Positions 1 to 10,259 of a DNA stretch of 57,912 nucleotides are shown piece by piece; positions within the stretch are counted from its first letter, which is position 1, and the number at the start of each line of letters is the position of its first letter. Both the position numbers and the translations under genes were made by a program. The notes under the pieces are model-generated. The model was not told the origin of the DNA and searched no databases. It worked only from the letters and a program-made list of their open reading frames with translations. Source of the stretch: an uncultured Alphaproteobacteria bacterium (GTDB taxonomy: Bacteria; Pseudomonadota; Alphaproteobacteria; Rs-D84); the NCBI GenBank assembly GCA_944390185.1, contig CALXPA010000001.1:1-57912 (forward strand), given 5' to 3'.

Positions 1-178
1 TATTCCGGTGATTTGTCCGTGAAACCAGCGACCTTACGATGTCAACGCAACGCGGCTGACCAACTGAGCTAACCACCCAAAACTGTCTCTATTCCGGTGA
101 TTTGTCCGTGAAACCAGCGACCTTACGATGTCAACGCAACGCGGCTGACCAACTGAGCTAACCACCAAAAATTGTCAC
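1..178 (-). repeat. Two tandem 89-bp units (1-89, 90-178), each a truncated tRNA-Val(GAC)-like sequence
   Basis: The units are near-identical, differing only in the last ~12 nt on the plus strand. The minus strand reads GGGTGGT-TA-GCTC-AGTTGGTCA with anticodon arm TTGCG/TTGACAT/CGTAA. The D-stem 3' strand, T-arm 3' half, acceptor 3' strand and CCA are absent. Confidence 0.7.
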
Positions 179-219
179 AAAGCCCCCAGATTATACCAAA
201 CAAAATTCTGATTGCAATA

Positions 220-768
220 TTATTTTGTTGGTGCGATAACAATCGACTTGGTACGTTCATCTGGTTTTGACTGTGACACAACGGAACCCTGGTCGCCGAT
301 CATATCAACGATGCGTGCGAACAGTTCTGGAACCGCATCCTTGCCCCGCGCCAGAACTTTTTTATTCCCGCGGGTCATAACGGCAATTTTAACCTTGTTT
401 CCATCGCCCAAGAATTCAAAAACCTTTTTCATTTTGATGTTCAGGTCATTTTCTTCGATGAACGGTTTTACCCAAACTTCTTTCATCTCGACGGTTTTTT
501 GATTTTTTCGTGCCTCGGCCGCGCGTTTTTTCTGCTCATACTTATATTTGCCATAGTCCATTACTTTAACGATTGGCGCGTCGCCCCCGGCATTAATCTC
601 TACCAGGTCCATTCCGGCATCTGCCGCCATCTGCAACGCGACATTTGTCGGCATAATGCCCATATTTTGACCGGTTTCACTGATTACCTGGACAGATTTG
701 GCGAATATTCGGTTATTTATGCGCGGGCCCGTGTCCCGGCGATTATCACGGTTAAATTGCGGTTTAAT
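220..768 (-). CDS. infC: Translation initiation factor IF-3, ATT start
   Basis: The ORF-track protein (220-663) matches the IF-3 C-domain. The frame stays open upstream and encodes ...GPRINNRIFAKSVQVISETGQN, an IF-3 N-domain-like stretch. ATT at 768-766 lies 6 nt after AAGGAG (780-775). Confidence 0.85.
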   Translation of the reverse strand: MKPQFNRDNRRDTGPRINNRIFAKSVQVISETGQNMGIMPTNVALQMAADAGMDLVEINAGGDAPIVKVMDYGKYKYEQKKRAAEARKNQKTVEMKEVWVKPFIEENDLNIKMKKVFEFLGDGNKVKIAVMTRGNKKVLARGKDAVPELFARIVDMIGDQGSVVSQSKPDERTKSIVIAPTK

Positions 769-805
769 AGTCGGCTCCTTTGTTACAAGATACGGCCATT
801 ATTAT

Positions 806-1579
806 CTATTTATCGGCACTTTTCAACAACTTTTCAACCTGTTGCAGTGCACCCCACGTGTCGCGTTTTGCGGTTGGTTTCAGTATCAGATAACTGGGGT
901 GAAATATCGGCATAATTGGGGTGGCATCGCCAGGTGCAATCATTATATCGTGTTCGCGCGACAGTGACACATGCGCAATCTCTTGCGCGGCCAATGTCCC
1001 CAGCGTTAAAATCATTCGCGGCTGTAACAATTCCAGTACCCTGTTTACAAATGGTCGTGCCAGTTCCAGTTCTGATGCTGTTGGCGTTCTGCCCCCAGGG
1101 GTCCGCCAGAATAACAGCGGTAAAATCGACACATTGTCGCGTGACATTCCGATTGCCGCCAACATTTTATCCAACAATTCGCCGGCCGGCCCGGTCAGTA
1201 TTTGCCCAGTGGCGTCGTCATCAGTTCCTGGAATATCGGTGATAATGACCAGTCCATTTGGATTTGGCGCCCGATGTGGCAACACGACGTTTGTCACGGC
1301 GGCACGCAGCGGATGGTTAAATTCTGCAATCATGCGGCACAGTGCATCCATATCTGTTGGCCGCGCCGCCATTGCCACAGCGGTATCCACCGACAGTGGC
1401 TGGGTTGGTGCGATTGGCGGCACAATAGACGTCTGGGTGCGGGTTGGCGCGCTGTTGTTGGTGGGGTGCGTGCTTTCTGTTGCGGTGGCCGCGGCGGCGG
1501 TGGCCAATACGAACGGCATATCCGTGATTTCCCACTGTACCCCGGCCATTGTCAAGTCGCGCAAATTGTAATCGTTCAT
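806..1579 (-). CDS. Uracil-DNA glycosylase family-4-like protein with Ala/Thr/Pro-rich N-terminal extension
   Basis: Motifs ...PGTDDDATGQILTGPAGELLDKML... and C-terminal FHPSYLILKP..K..W are typical of family 4 UDG. Confidence 0.75.
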   Translation of the reverse strand: MNDYNLRDLTMAGVQWEITDMPFVLATAAAATATESTHPTNNSAPTRTQTSIVPPIAPTQPLSVDTAVAMAARPTDMDALCRMIAEFNHPLRAAVTNVVLPHRAPNPNGLVIITDIPGTDDDATGQILTGPAGELLDKMLAAIGMSRDNVSILPLLFWRTPGGRTPTASELELARPFVNRVLELLQPRMILTLGTLAAQEIAHVSLSREHDIMIAPGDATPIMPIFHPSYLILKPTAKRDTWGALQQVEKLLKSADK

Positions 1580-1658
1580 TGCTGTGTTTTTCCTTGCTTT
1601 TTTTAACCTTTTATTATAGACTAGAACACGAGTAACAGAAACTCAAGGGAGTATTTTC

Positions 1659-2075
1659 ATGAAAATAAAAAACTTTGCTATATTGGCTGGGGTCGCGGGC
1701 ATGTTGGCCGCATGTGGTGGCTCAACAATTGTTGAACCGGCTGATTTGAATGACCAGCGCGTATTCTTCGCGTTTAATTCATCTGAAATCTCGGACGAGG
1801 CACGCGATAACCTGTTGGGCCAGTCGCTGTATATGAAAAATCATGCTGATACCAAGATACAGATTGCGGGTAACTGCGACGAACGCGGTTCTACGGAATA
1901 TAACTTGGCGTTGGGTGCCCGTCGTGCCAACGCAGCCAAGGCTGTATTGGTCGATGACGGTATCGATCCAAAGCGTATTTCCACAATTTCTTATGGTAAA
2001 GAACGTCCATTGGTCCAGGGTACTGGCGAAGAAGTTTGGAAATGGAATCGTAACGCAACAACCACAGTTAAATAA
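1659..2075 (+). CDS. pal: Peptidoglycan-associated lipoprotein (OmpA-like domain)
   Basis: Lipobox LAAC. Motif NCDERGSTEYNLALGARRANA...YGKERP. Confidence 0.9.
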   Translation: MKIKNFAILAGVAGMLAACGGSTIVEPADLNDQRVFFAFNSSEISDEARDNLLGQSLYMKNHADTKIQIAGNCDERGSTEYNLALGARRANAAKAVLVDDGIDPKRISTISYGKERPLVQGTGEEVWKWNRNATTTVK

Positions 2076-2090
2076 TTGTGACAGTTGTAT

Positions 2091-2121
2091 AAAAAACACC
2101 GGCATTTGCCGGTGTTTTTTG
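2091..2121. terminator. Bidirectional rho-independent terminator between pal and accC
   Basis: Stem CACCGGC/GCCGGTG (2097-2114) flanked by an A-run and a T-run. Confidence 0.75.
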
Positions 2122-2133
2122 TTGCCTTTTATT

Positions 2134-3498
2134 TTATTTTGCGGTTTTATCGGCCTCGGCCTTTAAAAAGGATTCCAGCCAGTGGTTGTCAAAATTCAAT
2201 GTTTTAACATCGCGATTCTTCAGCAATTTTTGCTGTAACGGGATGGTTGTTTTGACACCTTCGATAACGAATTCATCCAACGCACGCGATGCGCGCATAA
2301 TACATGCCGACCGCGATTGGGCATGCACAATCAGCTTTGCAATCATCGAATCATACGTTGGCGGAATTGTGTATCCGGTGTATACCGCGCTGTCCACGCG
2401 CACCCCCAGTCCACCTGATGGTGCATACAGTGTGATTTTTCCCGGATTTGGTACGAATGTTTCTGGGTCTTCGGCATTGATGCGGAATTCTATGGCGTGC
2501 CCATGTGGGACGACGTTCGACTGGGTATACCCCAGTTTTTCGCCTGCCGCGATACGAATTTGTTCGCGCACCAAATCAACCCCATACACCATTTCGGTAA
2601 CCGGATGTTCCACCTGCAGACGCGTGTTCATTTCCAGAAAATAGAATTTACCATCTTCGAACATGAATTCAAACGTCCCCGCATTGACATAGCCCATTTT
2701 CTTTGCGGCAGATTTGCATATATTTATCATATCGTCGCGCTGTTTTTGGGTTAATATTGCGGCGGGGCATTCTTCCATAACCTTTTGATTTTTACGCTGC
2801 AACGAACAGTCACGTTCGCCAAAGATTACCACGTTGCCGTGTTTATCCCCCAGTACCTGGAATTCGATGTGGCGCGGATGCATCAACAGTTTTTCCATAT
2901 ACAGTGTATCATCGCCGAAACCGGCCTTGGCCTCGTTCTTGGTCATTTGGAACGCTTCGGCCATTTGGTCTGCCGACATGATGGGACGAATACCGCGTCC
3001 ACCGCCACCGGCGGCGGCCTTTAGCATAACGGGATATCCGATTTTTTCGGCCCATGCATATGCGTCTTCCAGTGTATCAACAGCACCATCAGACCCCGGC
3101 ACCACAGGCAATCCACACTTAATCGCGGTTTGTTTGGCGTTAACCTTGTCCCCCATTTTTTCAATCATTTGGGCGGACGGTCCAATCCATATCAGTCCAT
3201 GTTGTTCAACCTTTTGCGCAAAATCAGCGCGCTCAGACAAGAAACCGTACCCTGGATGGATTGCATCTGCATTTGTTAATAATGCCGCCGTCAATATCGC
3301 AGATTCGTTCAGATACGAATCCTTGGACGGGCCGGGACCAATACACACAGATTCGTCTGCCAATTGTACGTGCATGGCATTTTTATCGACCGTTGAATAT
3401 ACGGCCACCGTGCGAATACCCATATCGCGGCATGCACGAATTATTCGCAGTGCGATTTCACCACGATTTGCGATTAATACTTTTTTTATTTGTGACAT
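2134..3498 (-). CDS. accC: Acetyl-CoA carboxylase biotin carboxylase subunit
   Basis: 454 aa with ATP-grasp motifs, e.g. KAAAGGGGRGIR and EMNTRLQVEHPVTE. Confidence 0.95.
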   Translation of the reverse strand: MSQIKKVLIANRGEIALRIIRACRDMGIRTVAVYSTVDKNAMHVQLADESVCIGPGPSKDSYLNESAILTAALLTNADAIHPGYGFLSERADFAQKVEQHGLIWIGPSAQMIEKMGDKVNAKQTAIKCGLPVVPGSDGAVDTLEDAYAWAEKIGYPVMLKAAAGGGGRGIRPIMSADQMAEAFQMTKNEAKAGFGDDTLYMEKLLMHPRHIEFQVLGDKHGNVVIFGERDCSLQRKNQKVMEECPAAILTQKQRDDMINICKSAAKKMGYVNAGTFEFMFEDGKFYFLEMNTRLQVEHPVTEMVYGVDLVREQIRIAAGEKLGYTQSNVVPHGHAIEFRINAEDPETFVPNPGKITLYAPSGGLGVRVDSAVYTGYTIPPTYDSMIAKLIVHAQSRSACIMRASRALDEFVIEGVKTTIPLQQKLLKNRDVKTLNFDNHWLESFLKAEADKTAK

Positions 3499-3507
3499 TT
3501 TGTATGC

Positions 3508-3963
3508 TTATTCAATAACGATAATTGGTTGATCAAATTCAACGGCCTGGCCATCGGATACCAGTATTTCTTTGACCACGCCATCTTTGTCAGATTTGAT
3601 TGGATTGAATGTTTTCATCGCCTCTATCAATGCGACGGTATCGCCGGCCTTGATTTGTGCGCCGACAGACGTAAATGGTTTTGCGCCTGGTTCTGGGGCC
3701 AGATATGCGACACCGACCATTGGCGATTTCAGTGCATATCCGCTGATTTTTTCATCATCCCCGGCGGGTTCACTGTTTGTATTTTTTGCGTCCCCAGACA
3801 CAGGGAAATTTGGCATCGCCACAGCAGATGTAACCTGTTGCTTGGACAAATGAATATGCTTGCGATAAACGCCGAACAAGAACTGGCGTTCTAAATCTAA
3901 TTCTGTAATCCCCATTTCATCCATAATTTTCGACATGGATTCTACGGTTGCACGAAAAGACAT
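3508..3963 (-). CDS. accB: Biotin carboxyl carrier protein
   Basis: C-terminal biotinyl domain ...IEAMKTFNPIKSDKDGVVKEILV. ATG at 3963 is preceded by AAGGA. The upstream part of the track ORF (to 3996) lacks an SD. Confidence 0.9.
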   Translation of the reverse strand: MSFRATVESMSKIMDEMGITELDLERQFLFGVYRKHIHLSKQQVTSAVAMPNFPVSGDAKNTNSEPAGDDEKISGYALKSPMVGVAYLAPEPGAKPFTSVGAQIKAGDTVALIEAMKTFNPIKSDKDGVVKEILVSDGQAVEFDQPIIVIE

Positions 3964-4041
3964 TTTATAATCCTTTTTATAATATCTTATTATCATACTT
4001 TGTTCAGTGTGCCAGAAATTTTACCACATTCAACACGTATG

Positions 4042-4287
4042 TCAAGGGACAGGGTCATACCCAAACCCACCGCCCGGTCGACAGCGTAATATTCGGCGAA
4101 TTCCCATAACAGTCCCGCGCAGCACGCCATATTTATGGATTGCCTGGGCCGTATATTCACTGCATGATGGGGTAAAACGGCATGCGGCGCGTGCGCCAAT
4201 AAATGGCGAAATACATGATTGGTACGCGCGCACCAATCCGATTGCCATACGTTGGGGCCAACTATGCATCCCGGCCAGATTTTTCAT
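4042..4287 (-). CDS. yidD: Membrane protein insertion efficiency factor YidD
   Basis: Motif CRFTPSCSEYTAQAI..YG...G....RRILRCRP. The exact start is uncertain because it overlaps the rnpA 3' end. Confidence 0.85.
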   Translation of the reverse strand: MKNLAGMHSWPQRMAIGLVRAYQSCISPFIGARAACRFTPSCSEYTAQAIHKYGVLRGTVMGIRRILRCRPGGGFGYDPVP

Positions 4288-4615
4288 CGTATCGCTTTTT
4301 TATATACTGCAGCGCCCGCCGCACAGCGTTGCGCCCATCGGTGCGTGACGCCGTCAGTATTCGATGTCGCGCCAAAAAGATATAATCCAGTTTTGGGTGC
4401 ATATATTGCTGGTTATGTCGTATCCAGTCGCGCAACACGCGCTTTGCCCGATTGCGGTCGACCGCCAGTTTAAACGTCCGCTTGGTCACGACCAGGCCAT
4501 ATCGGGCGTCTTCTTTCTTGGCGGGACGCGCGCGCACGACGAAAAATTCGCCCCGTGCGTCGATATCCTGGGCAGACGCCAGAAAGTCCGAATGTTTTTT
4601 AATTGTATTTCTCAT
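4262..4615 (-). CDS. rnpA: Ribonuclease P protein component
   Basis: 117 aa and basic, with ...RYGLVVTKRTFKLAVDRNRAKRVLR.... Sits upstream of yidD. No rpmH fits in the 126-bp upstream spacer. Confidence 0.85.
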   Translation of the reverse strand: MRNTIKKHSDFLASAQDIDARGEFFVVRARPAKKEDARYGLVVTKRTFKLAVDRNRAKRVLRDWIRHNQQYMHPKLDYIFLARHRILTASRTDGRNAVRRALQYIKKRYDEKSGRDA

Positions 4616-4711
4616 ACCCCTTATAATATCAAAATATGCGGCGAAGCAAATAAAAAAGCAAAAAAATAAGTTTACCCTGGCGCTTGATTTTTTTATCCCC
4701 AGGCTTTATAG

Positions 4712-5790
<1,079 letters not shown>

Positions 5791-5791
<1 letters not shown>

Positions 5792-5818
5792 AAAACGGGG
5801 CGTCGCCCCGTTTTTTTG
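5791..5818. terminator. Bidirectional terminator between mreB and the MFP gene
   Basis: Stem ACGGGGC/GCCCCGT (5795-5811) flanked by an A-run and a T-run. Confidence 0.8.
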
Positions 5819-5825
5819 TTTATGT

Positions 5826-6998
5826 TTACATCGGCGGCCCCATACGTGCACTGCCACTGGACGCCATGCCATATCGACCAAATATCACACGATCGCCATC
5901 CTGGATCTCATCAGAAATAATCTGGGTTTCTGTCGCCGTGACCAGGCCTTTTTCATATGGAACCAGAATAACCGTTGGTTCCCCATTAACATTGCGTTGA
6001 ATCGCCAGGTGATCTGCCGGTGTGGCGTCGCCAGGATTATCAACAATTCCGTCAAAACTGCGCAGTATCAGTGCAGAATTTTGTACTTTCCATACATCAA
6101 TTTCTTCTGAGATCAGAATCGTCACGAATGCCGTCATGCCGGGCTTCAGACGTAAATCAGAATTATCAACGTCAATCACCACGGTATAGACAACAACATT
6201 CGATGTAATTGTTGGCGACAGACGTACTTGGCGTACGGTGCCTTCGAATGTTTGTGTTGGATATGCGTCAACCGTGAATGTTACGGGCAAACCTTCGGTA
6301 ATCATGCCGATATCTGCCTCGGACACGGCGGTTTCGATTTGCATTTTTGATAAATCTTCGGCAATTTCGAACAAGTCAGGTGTCTGGAACGATGCCGCAA
6401 CCGTTTGACCGACGTCAACCTGGCGCGATATAACGGTCCCATCAACGGGCGATGTAATTGTTGCATACCCCAGATTCGTAACCGCGCGATCATATTGTGA
6501 CTTCATACGATTAACCGATTGTTCGGCCTGTTCATACGTGGTCTGGGATTGTTCCAGTTCTGCACGTGAAATAAAGTCAGATTCAAACAAAATCTGGTTG
6601 CGTTCGTATTCACTTTTCGCATAGTTGCGCTGGGATTCTGCGCTGACCAGTGATGCGTATGCCTCGTCAACAGATGCCTGTAACACAGATGGTTCTATTT
6701 CCAGCAATATATCGCCTTTTTTTACCTTGGAATTATAATCGACATATATCGCCTCGATCGTGCCGCTGACCTGGGACCCGACGTTAATTGTATTCAGTGG
6801 TTGTATTTCACCTGTTGCCGTCACCACCTGGCGCAGATTACCACGCGAAATGGTTGCCGTTGCGAATCCTGTTCCCTGGTTTTTACTGTCGCCCATAAAG
6901 TATATTGCCACCCCCGCGACAATCACGAACAAGAACACCCACCACTTGTTACGTTTTATCCACGACCACAGTTTTTTTGTTTTGGATTCTTTATTCAT
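5826..6998 (-). CDS. Efflux periplasmic adaptor (membrane fusion protein, MacA/HlyD-like)
   Basis: N-terminal TM anchor, then ...RGNLRQVVTATGEIQPLNTINVGSQVSGTI...V..GD.L, a coiled-coil middle and a beta-barrel C-terminus. Confidence 0.8.
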   Translation of the reverse strand: MNKESKTKKLWSWIKRNKWWVFLFVIVAGVAIYFMGDSKNQGTGFATATISRGNLRQVVTATGEIQPLNTINVGSQVSGTIEAIYVDYNSKVKKGDILLEIEPSVLQASVDEAYASLVSAESQRNYAKSEYERNQILFESDFISRAELEQSQTTYEQAEQSVNRMKSQYDRAVTNLGYATITSPVDGTVISRQVDVGQTVAASFQTPDLFEIAEDLSKMQIETAVSEADIGMITEGLPVTFTVDAYPTQTFEGTVRQVRLSPTITSNVVVYTVVIDVDNSDLRLKPGMTAFVTILISEEIDVWKVQNSALILRSFDGIVDNPGDATPADHLAIQRNVNGEPTVILVPYEKGLVTATETQIISDEIQDGDRVIFGRYGMASSGSARMGPPM

Positions 6999-8325
6999 CT
7001 ATTACCCCCTGCTCTATCAATCCTTCTTTTATATCACCGATGGCCAGTGCCAGCGCGGCGCGTTTTGTAAACAAGTCATACTTCGCAGCATTGTTTTGTT
7101 TGTGCGCATCAGACAAATCCGCCAACGATTGTTGCCAATCCAGCATGGTTGCTTTACCCACCTTGTACATACCGGCGGTCACATCTTCGGTTTCGCGTGC
7201 CGATTCCAACAACGCCTGGGTTTGCTTTAATACCGTTTGGGCGGTTTTATAGTTTTGATACGCACTGAACACGTCCAGCATCGCACTATCCGTTGTCATG
7301 CGTTCTTGTTCCTGGGCGCGTTCATAGTTCGCCTGGGCGGCACGCACGTTATATACATTAGAAAATCCGGCAAAAATCGGCATAGATGCGCGGATACCGA
7401 TACTGCCACTCCATTCATCCTGGCCGGCATTGTATACATCAGATGGTATGTTATTCCACGACAGACTGCCACTGGCGGAAATGGATGGCATATTAGACAG
7501 GAATGCGCTGTTTCTGCGGTGCCATGCGGCGTCTTTATTCGCGCTGGCGCGTAACAAGTCCGGGCGTTTTTCGCGTGCAATTTCGATTAATTCGTCGATA
7601 TTTTTGTTTTCAGACGTGCTGCCAAATTCGGCGCCCATATCAGCGATGCGGATGTCCTGGTCCGCCGGGAAAGACAGCTTTGCTAACAAACTACCTTTGG
7701 CAATTTCGCGATTATTTTTCGCCCGTTCCAGTTCCAGTTCGCTGCTGGCCAGGGTAACATCCGCCTTTAGTACATCGGCACGCGCCACGGCCCCGGCGTT
7801 ATATTTTTTATCTGCGGTATCTTTGGCGGTCTGGGACACATCGCGCACGGCAGACGCGGTTATAACGTCTGCATCGGCGTTCAACAGTGCATAGTATGCA
7901 CCGATTATGCCATAGACATAGTTTTGCACAGATTCACTATAGTCAAATCCTGTTGCACGCCATGTATCGATTAATTGACTGACATCGGCAAAACGCTTGC
8001 CAAAATCAAAGATTAAATATGATGCCGACAGTGATGCCCCATATGACCAGTCGTCCCATTCACGGTTTCTGTATGGCATAGATGCCGATGCTGATGCAAT
8101 GACGCTGGGCAAATATTGGGCGTAACCGGCATTTTTGTTAAAACGTGCGGCCTGCAACGACAGATAGGCCGATGCAGTCTCTGGATTCCGGCACAGCCCC
8201 AGTTCAATCACTTGTTGCAGGGTCAGTTCGCCATCTGGCACCGTTGTCATTGTGCGACAATCCTGGTCTGGTGCGGCCAAAACGCACGATGGCACCAGGC
8301 ACAACATAAAAACAATACGTTTCAT
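6991..8325 (-). CDS. TolC-family outer-membrane channel
   Basis: Signal peptide MKRIVFMLCLVPSCVLA, and two TolC-like repeat halves with long helical segments. ATG at 8325. Overlaps the MFP start by 8 nt. Confidence 0.8.
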   Translation of the reverse strand: MKRIVFMLCLVPSCVLAAPDQDCRTMTTVPDGELTLQQVIELGLCRNPETASAYLSLQAARFNKNAGYAQYLPSVIASASASMPYRNREWDDWSYGASLSASYLIFDFGKRFADVSQLIDTWRATGFDYSESVQNYVYGIIGAYYALLNADADVITASAVRDVSQTAKDTADKKYNAGAVARADVLKADVTLASSELELERAKNNREIAKGSLLAKLSFPADQDIRIADMGAEFGSTSENKNIDELIEIAREKRPDLLRASANKDAAWHRRNSAFLSNMPSISASGSLSWNNIPSDVYNAGQDEWSGSIGIRASMPIFAGFSNVYNVRAAQANYERAQEQERMTTDSAMLDVFSAYQNYKTAQTVLKQTQALLESARETEDVTAGMYKVGKATMLDWQQSLADLSDAHKQNNAAKYDLFTKRAALALAIGDIKEGLIEQGVIDE

Positions 8326-8440
8326 TGTACACACTCTCTCGTATTCCACAAACAACCATGGTATTATATCACGATTATTGCAATTTTTCAGTTGAATTAC
8401 AATTTTTTTTTGCTTAGTATTATTGCACCGACAACAGATT

Positions 8441-8514
8441 GGCCTGGTGGCAGAGTGGTTATGCAGAGGACTGCAAATCCTTGTATGCCGGTTCGATTCC
8501 GACCCAGGCCTCCA
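8441..8514 (+). tRNA. tRNA-Cys (GCA)
   Basis: Acceptor GGCCTGG/CCAGGCC, anticodon loop CTGCAAA, T-loop TTCGATT, encoded CCA. There is one C-A mismatch in the T-stem. Confidence 0.85.
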
Positions 8515-8524
8515 AAATTAAATG

Positions 8525-8549
8525 CCCGCAGATGCGGGTTGTTTTTTTC
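8525..8549 (+). terminator. Terminator after tRNA-Cys
   Basis: Stem CCCGC-AGAT-GCGGG followed by TTGTTTTTTT. Confidence 0.7.
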
Positions 8550-8573
8550 TGATAATCGTTGTATTATCGGGCC

Positions 8574-9659
8574 ATGATTCAGACCATAACCCTAACGAAT
8601 TTTCGTAATCACAGGATGTGTCGCGTACAAACCGGCGGACGGCGTAATGTTATTATAACCGGACCAAATGGCGCCGGTAAAACCGCCCTGCTAGAGGCTG
8701 TATCAATGCTGTCCGGTGATCGTGGAATGCGTGGGGCACCGATGACAGATATTGCGTGCTTTGGCGGGGATGGCGGATTTTCTGTACATGCATGTATGGA
8801 TGATGATACCGAAATATCGGTTTACTATAATTCTGGTGACACAAACCGCCGTGCGCGGATTGATGGAAATGCGGCGAATTTATCAGAATTGGCGGCGCGT
8901 ACGCGCATGGTATGGTTAACCCCACGTGAAGACAGATTGTTTGTTGATTCTGCATCAGACAGACGTGCGTTTTTTGATCGTCTGGCCGCCAGTTTTGATG
9001 TTGCGCACGCTGGGCGTGTGGGGCGCTTGAACAAACTGATGTCGGAACGTGCGTTTGCGCTAAAAAATGGCGCAGATTCACGATGGATTGATGCGTTGGA
9101 CGTCCAGATTGCTGGGACGGCGGTCGCGGTCAGTGCGGCCCGTATTCAGTATGCCGGTGAACTGAATTATTTCTTGTCAGATTGTGCGGTAACCGTATCT
9201 GGTATGGTGGAACAGTCATTGATTGATTCGCCCCCCGCGGCGGCAGAACGGCAATATGCCCAGTATCTGGGGCGTACGCGTGAACTGGTTGGGGATAAAA
9301 TGGTATTGGATGGGCCGCATAAATCTGATTTTGGCGTTTTTAACCAGGCGTTGGGGCTGCCGGCATCGTTGACCAGTACGGGCCAGCAAAAGACAGTGCT
9401 GTTAAATTTAATTCTGGCACATGCACGTCTGTTGCACGCCAAGACACATACGCATCCGTTGGTTTTACTGGACGAAGCGGCCGCCCATTTGGATGCAGAC
9501 GCGCGTCGGCGCATGTTTGATGAGTTGGCGGCAACGGATGCCCAGGTTTGGGCTACTGGCTTGGATGCAAATGTTTTTGCCGATGTTGCCGATGCGGTAT
9601 TTGTTACTTGCATGAATGGCGAATTTAATAATATACTGGACCCCAAAGGGCTGGAATAA
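8574..9659 (+). CDS. recF: DNA replication/repair protein RecF
   Basis: Begins MIQTITLTNFRNH, with Walker A GPNGAGKTALLEA and signature ...STGQQKTVLL...LLDE. Confidence 0.9.
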   Translation: MIQTITLTNFRNHRMCRVQTGGRRNVIITGPNGAGKTALLEAVSMLSGDRGMRGAPMTDIACFGGDGGFSVHACMDDDTEISVYYNSGDTNRRARIDGNAANLSELAARTRMVWLTPREDRLFVDSASDRRAFFDRLAASFDVAHAGRVGRLNKLMSERAFALKNGADSRWIDALDVQIAGTAVAVSAARIQYAGELNYFLSDCAVTVSGMVEQSLIDSPPAAAERQYAQYLGRTRELVGDKMVLDGPHKSDFGVFNQALGLPASLTSTGQQKTVLLNLILAHARLLHAKTHTHPLVLLDEAAAHLDADARRRMFDELAATDAQVWATGLDANVFADVADAVFVTCMNGEFNNILDPKGLE

Positions 9660-9660
9660 A

Positions 9661-10128
9661 ATGAGCAAAATTGACTATCAAACATTGTTGGATAATGCAC
9701 TAAAATCTGTTGTCAAGGATGCGCTGGTTCATGCGCAATTTAATGGTCTGGGTGATGGGGCGCATTTTTATATTACGTTTAAAACGCGGACCCCAGGTGT
9801 TGTTTTACCGGATTTTCTGCGTATGCGATATCCTGATATAATGACAATTGTTTTGCAATATTCATATAATAATCTGCATGTATCGGACAAAGAATTCGGC
9901 GTACAATTAACATTTGACGGACGTCCGTTTTTTATTCGTGTTCCGTTTTCTGCACTGGTTGAGTTCAAGGATCCGTCTGTTGATTTTATGTTAACGTTTC
10001 ATCCTGGCGGGGCGATGCCATCGGCCGACAATGATATGGAATTACCACTCAGTGACGCCAGTGAAATTGTTCCGGATACTGGTCGGGTGGTATCATTGGA
10101 CGAATTCAGAAAGAACAGAAAAAAATAA
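9661..10128 (+). CDS. sspB: ClpXP adaptor SspB (alphaproteobacterial type)
   Basis: The stretch ...HFYITFKTRTPGVVLPDFLRMRYPDIMTIVLQYSY...L.F.G......VPFSALVEFKDPSVDFML.F resembles Caulobacter SspB-alpha as I recall it. Confidence 0.75.
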   Translation: MSKIDYQTLLDNALKSVVKDALVHAQFNGLGDGAHFYITFKTRTPGVVLPDFLRMRYPDIMTIVLQYSYNNLHVSDKEFGVQLTFDGRPFFIRVPFSALVEFKDPSVDFMLTFHPGGAMPSADNDMELPLSDASEIVPDTGRVVSLDEFRKNRKK

Positions 10129-10134
10129 TAAAAA

Positions 10135-10158
10135 AGCCGGCCAAAAACGGCTTTTTTT
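10135..10158 (+). terminator. Terminator after sspB
   Basis: Stem AGCCG/CGGCT followed by T7. Confidence 0.65.
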
Positions 10159-10223
10159 CATTTTTGGCCGGGAAAAATTAAAATTATTAAACAAAAACAT
10201 ACTAATATCAGCCGGTTACACGT

Positions 10224-10239
10224 TATTTCATGTGAAATT
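10224..10239. promoter_or_regulatory. parS-like site TATTTCATGTGAAATT
   Basis: 12/16 match to consensus TGTTTCACGTGAAACA. Lies just 3' of parB, inside the duplicated 41-bp segment. Confidence 0.4.
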
Positions 10240-10259
10240 ACCGGCTTTTTTTGATGTTT

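Noticed and set aside
921-1571. Long antisense or alternative-frame ORFs inside well-supported genes. Examples: 921-1571 in UDG; 2834-3532 in accC; 5152-5766 in mreB; 9167-9700 in recF; 14634-15152 in gpsA; 15638-16234 in pnp; 22983-23525 in the surA-like gene; 25648-26412 in lptF/G; 28972-29547 in infB; 43114-43854 in dnaX; 47703-48329 in prepilin-like 3; 49737-50495 in rluD; 52707-53399 in protein A.
   Set aside because: These are shadow ORFs. Each lies opposite or out of frame with a gene carrying strong conserved motifs, has a low-complexity translation, and shows no independent signals.
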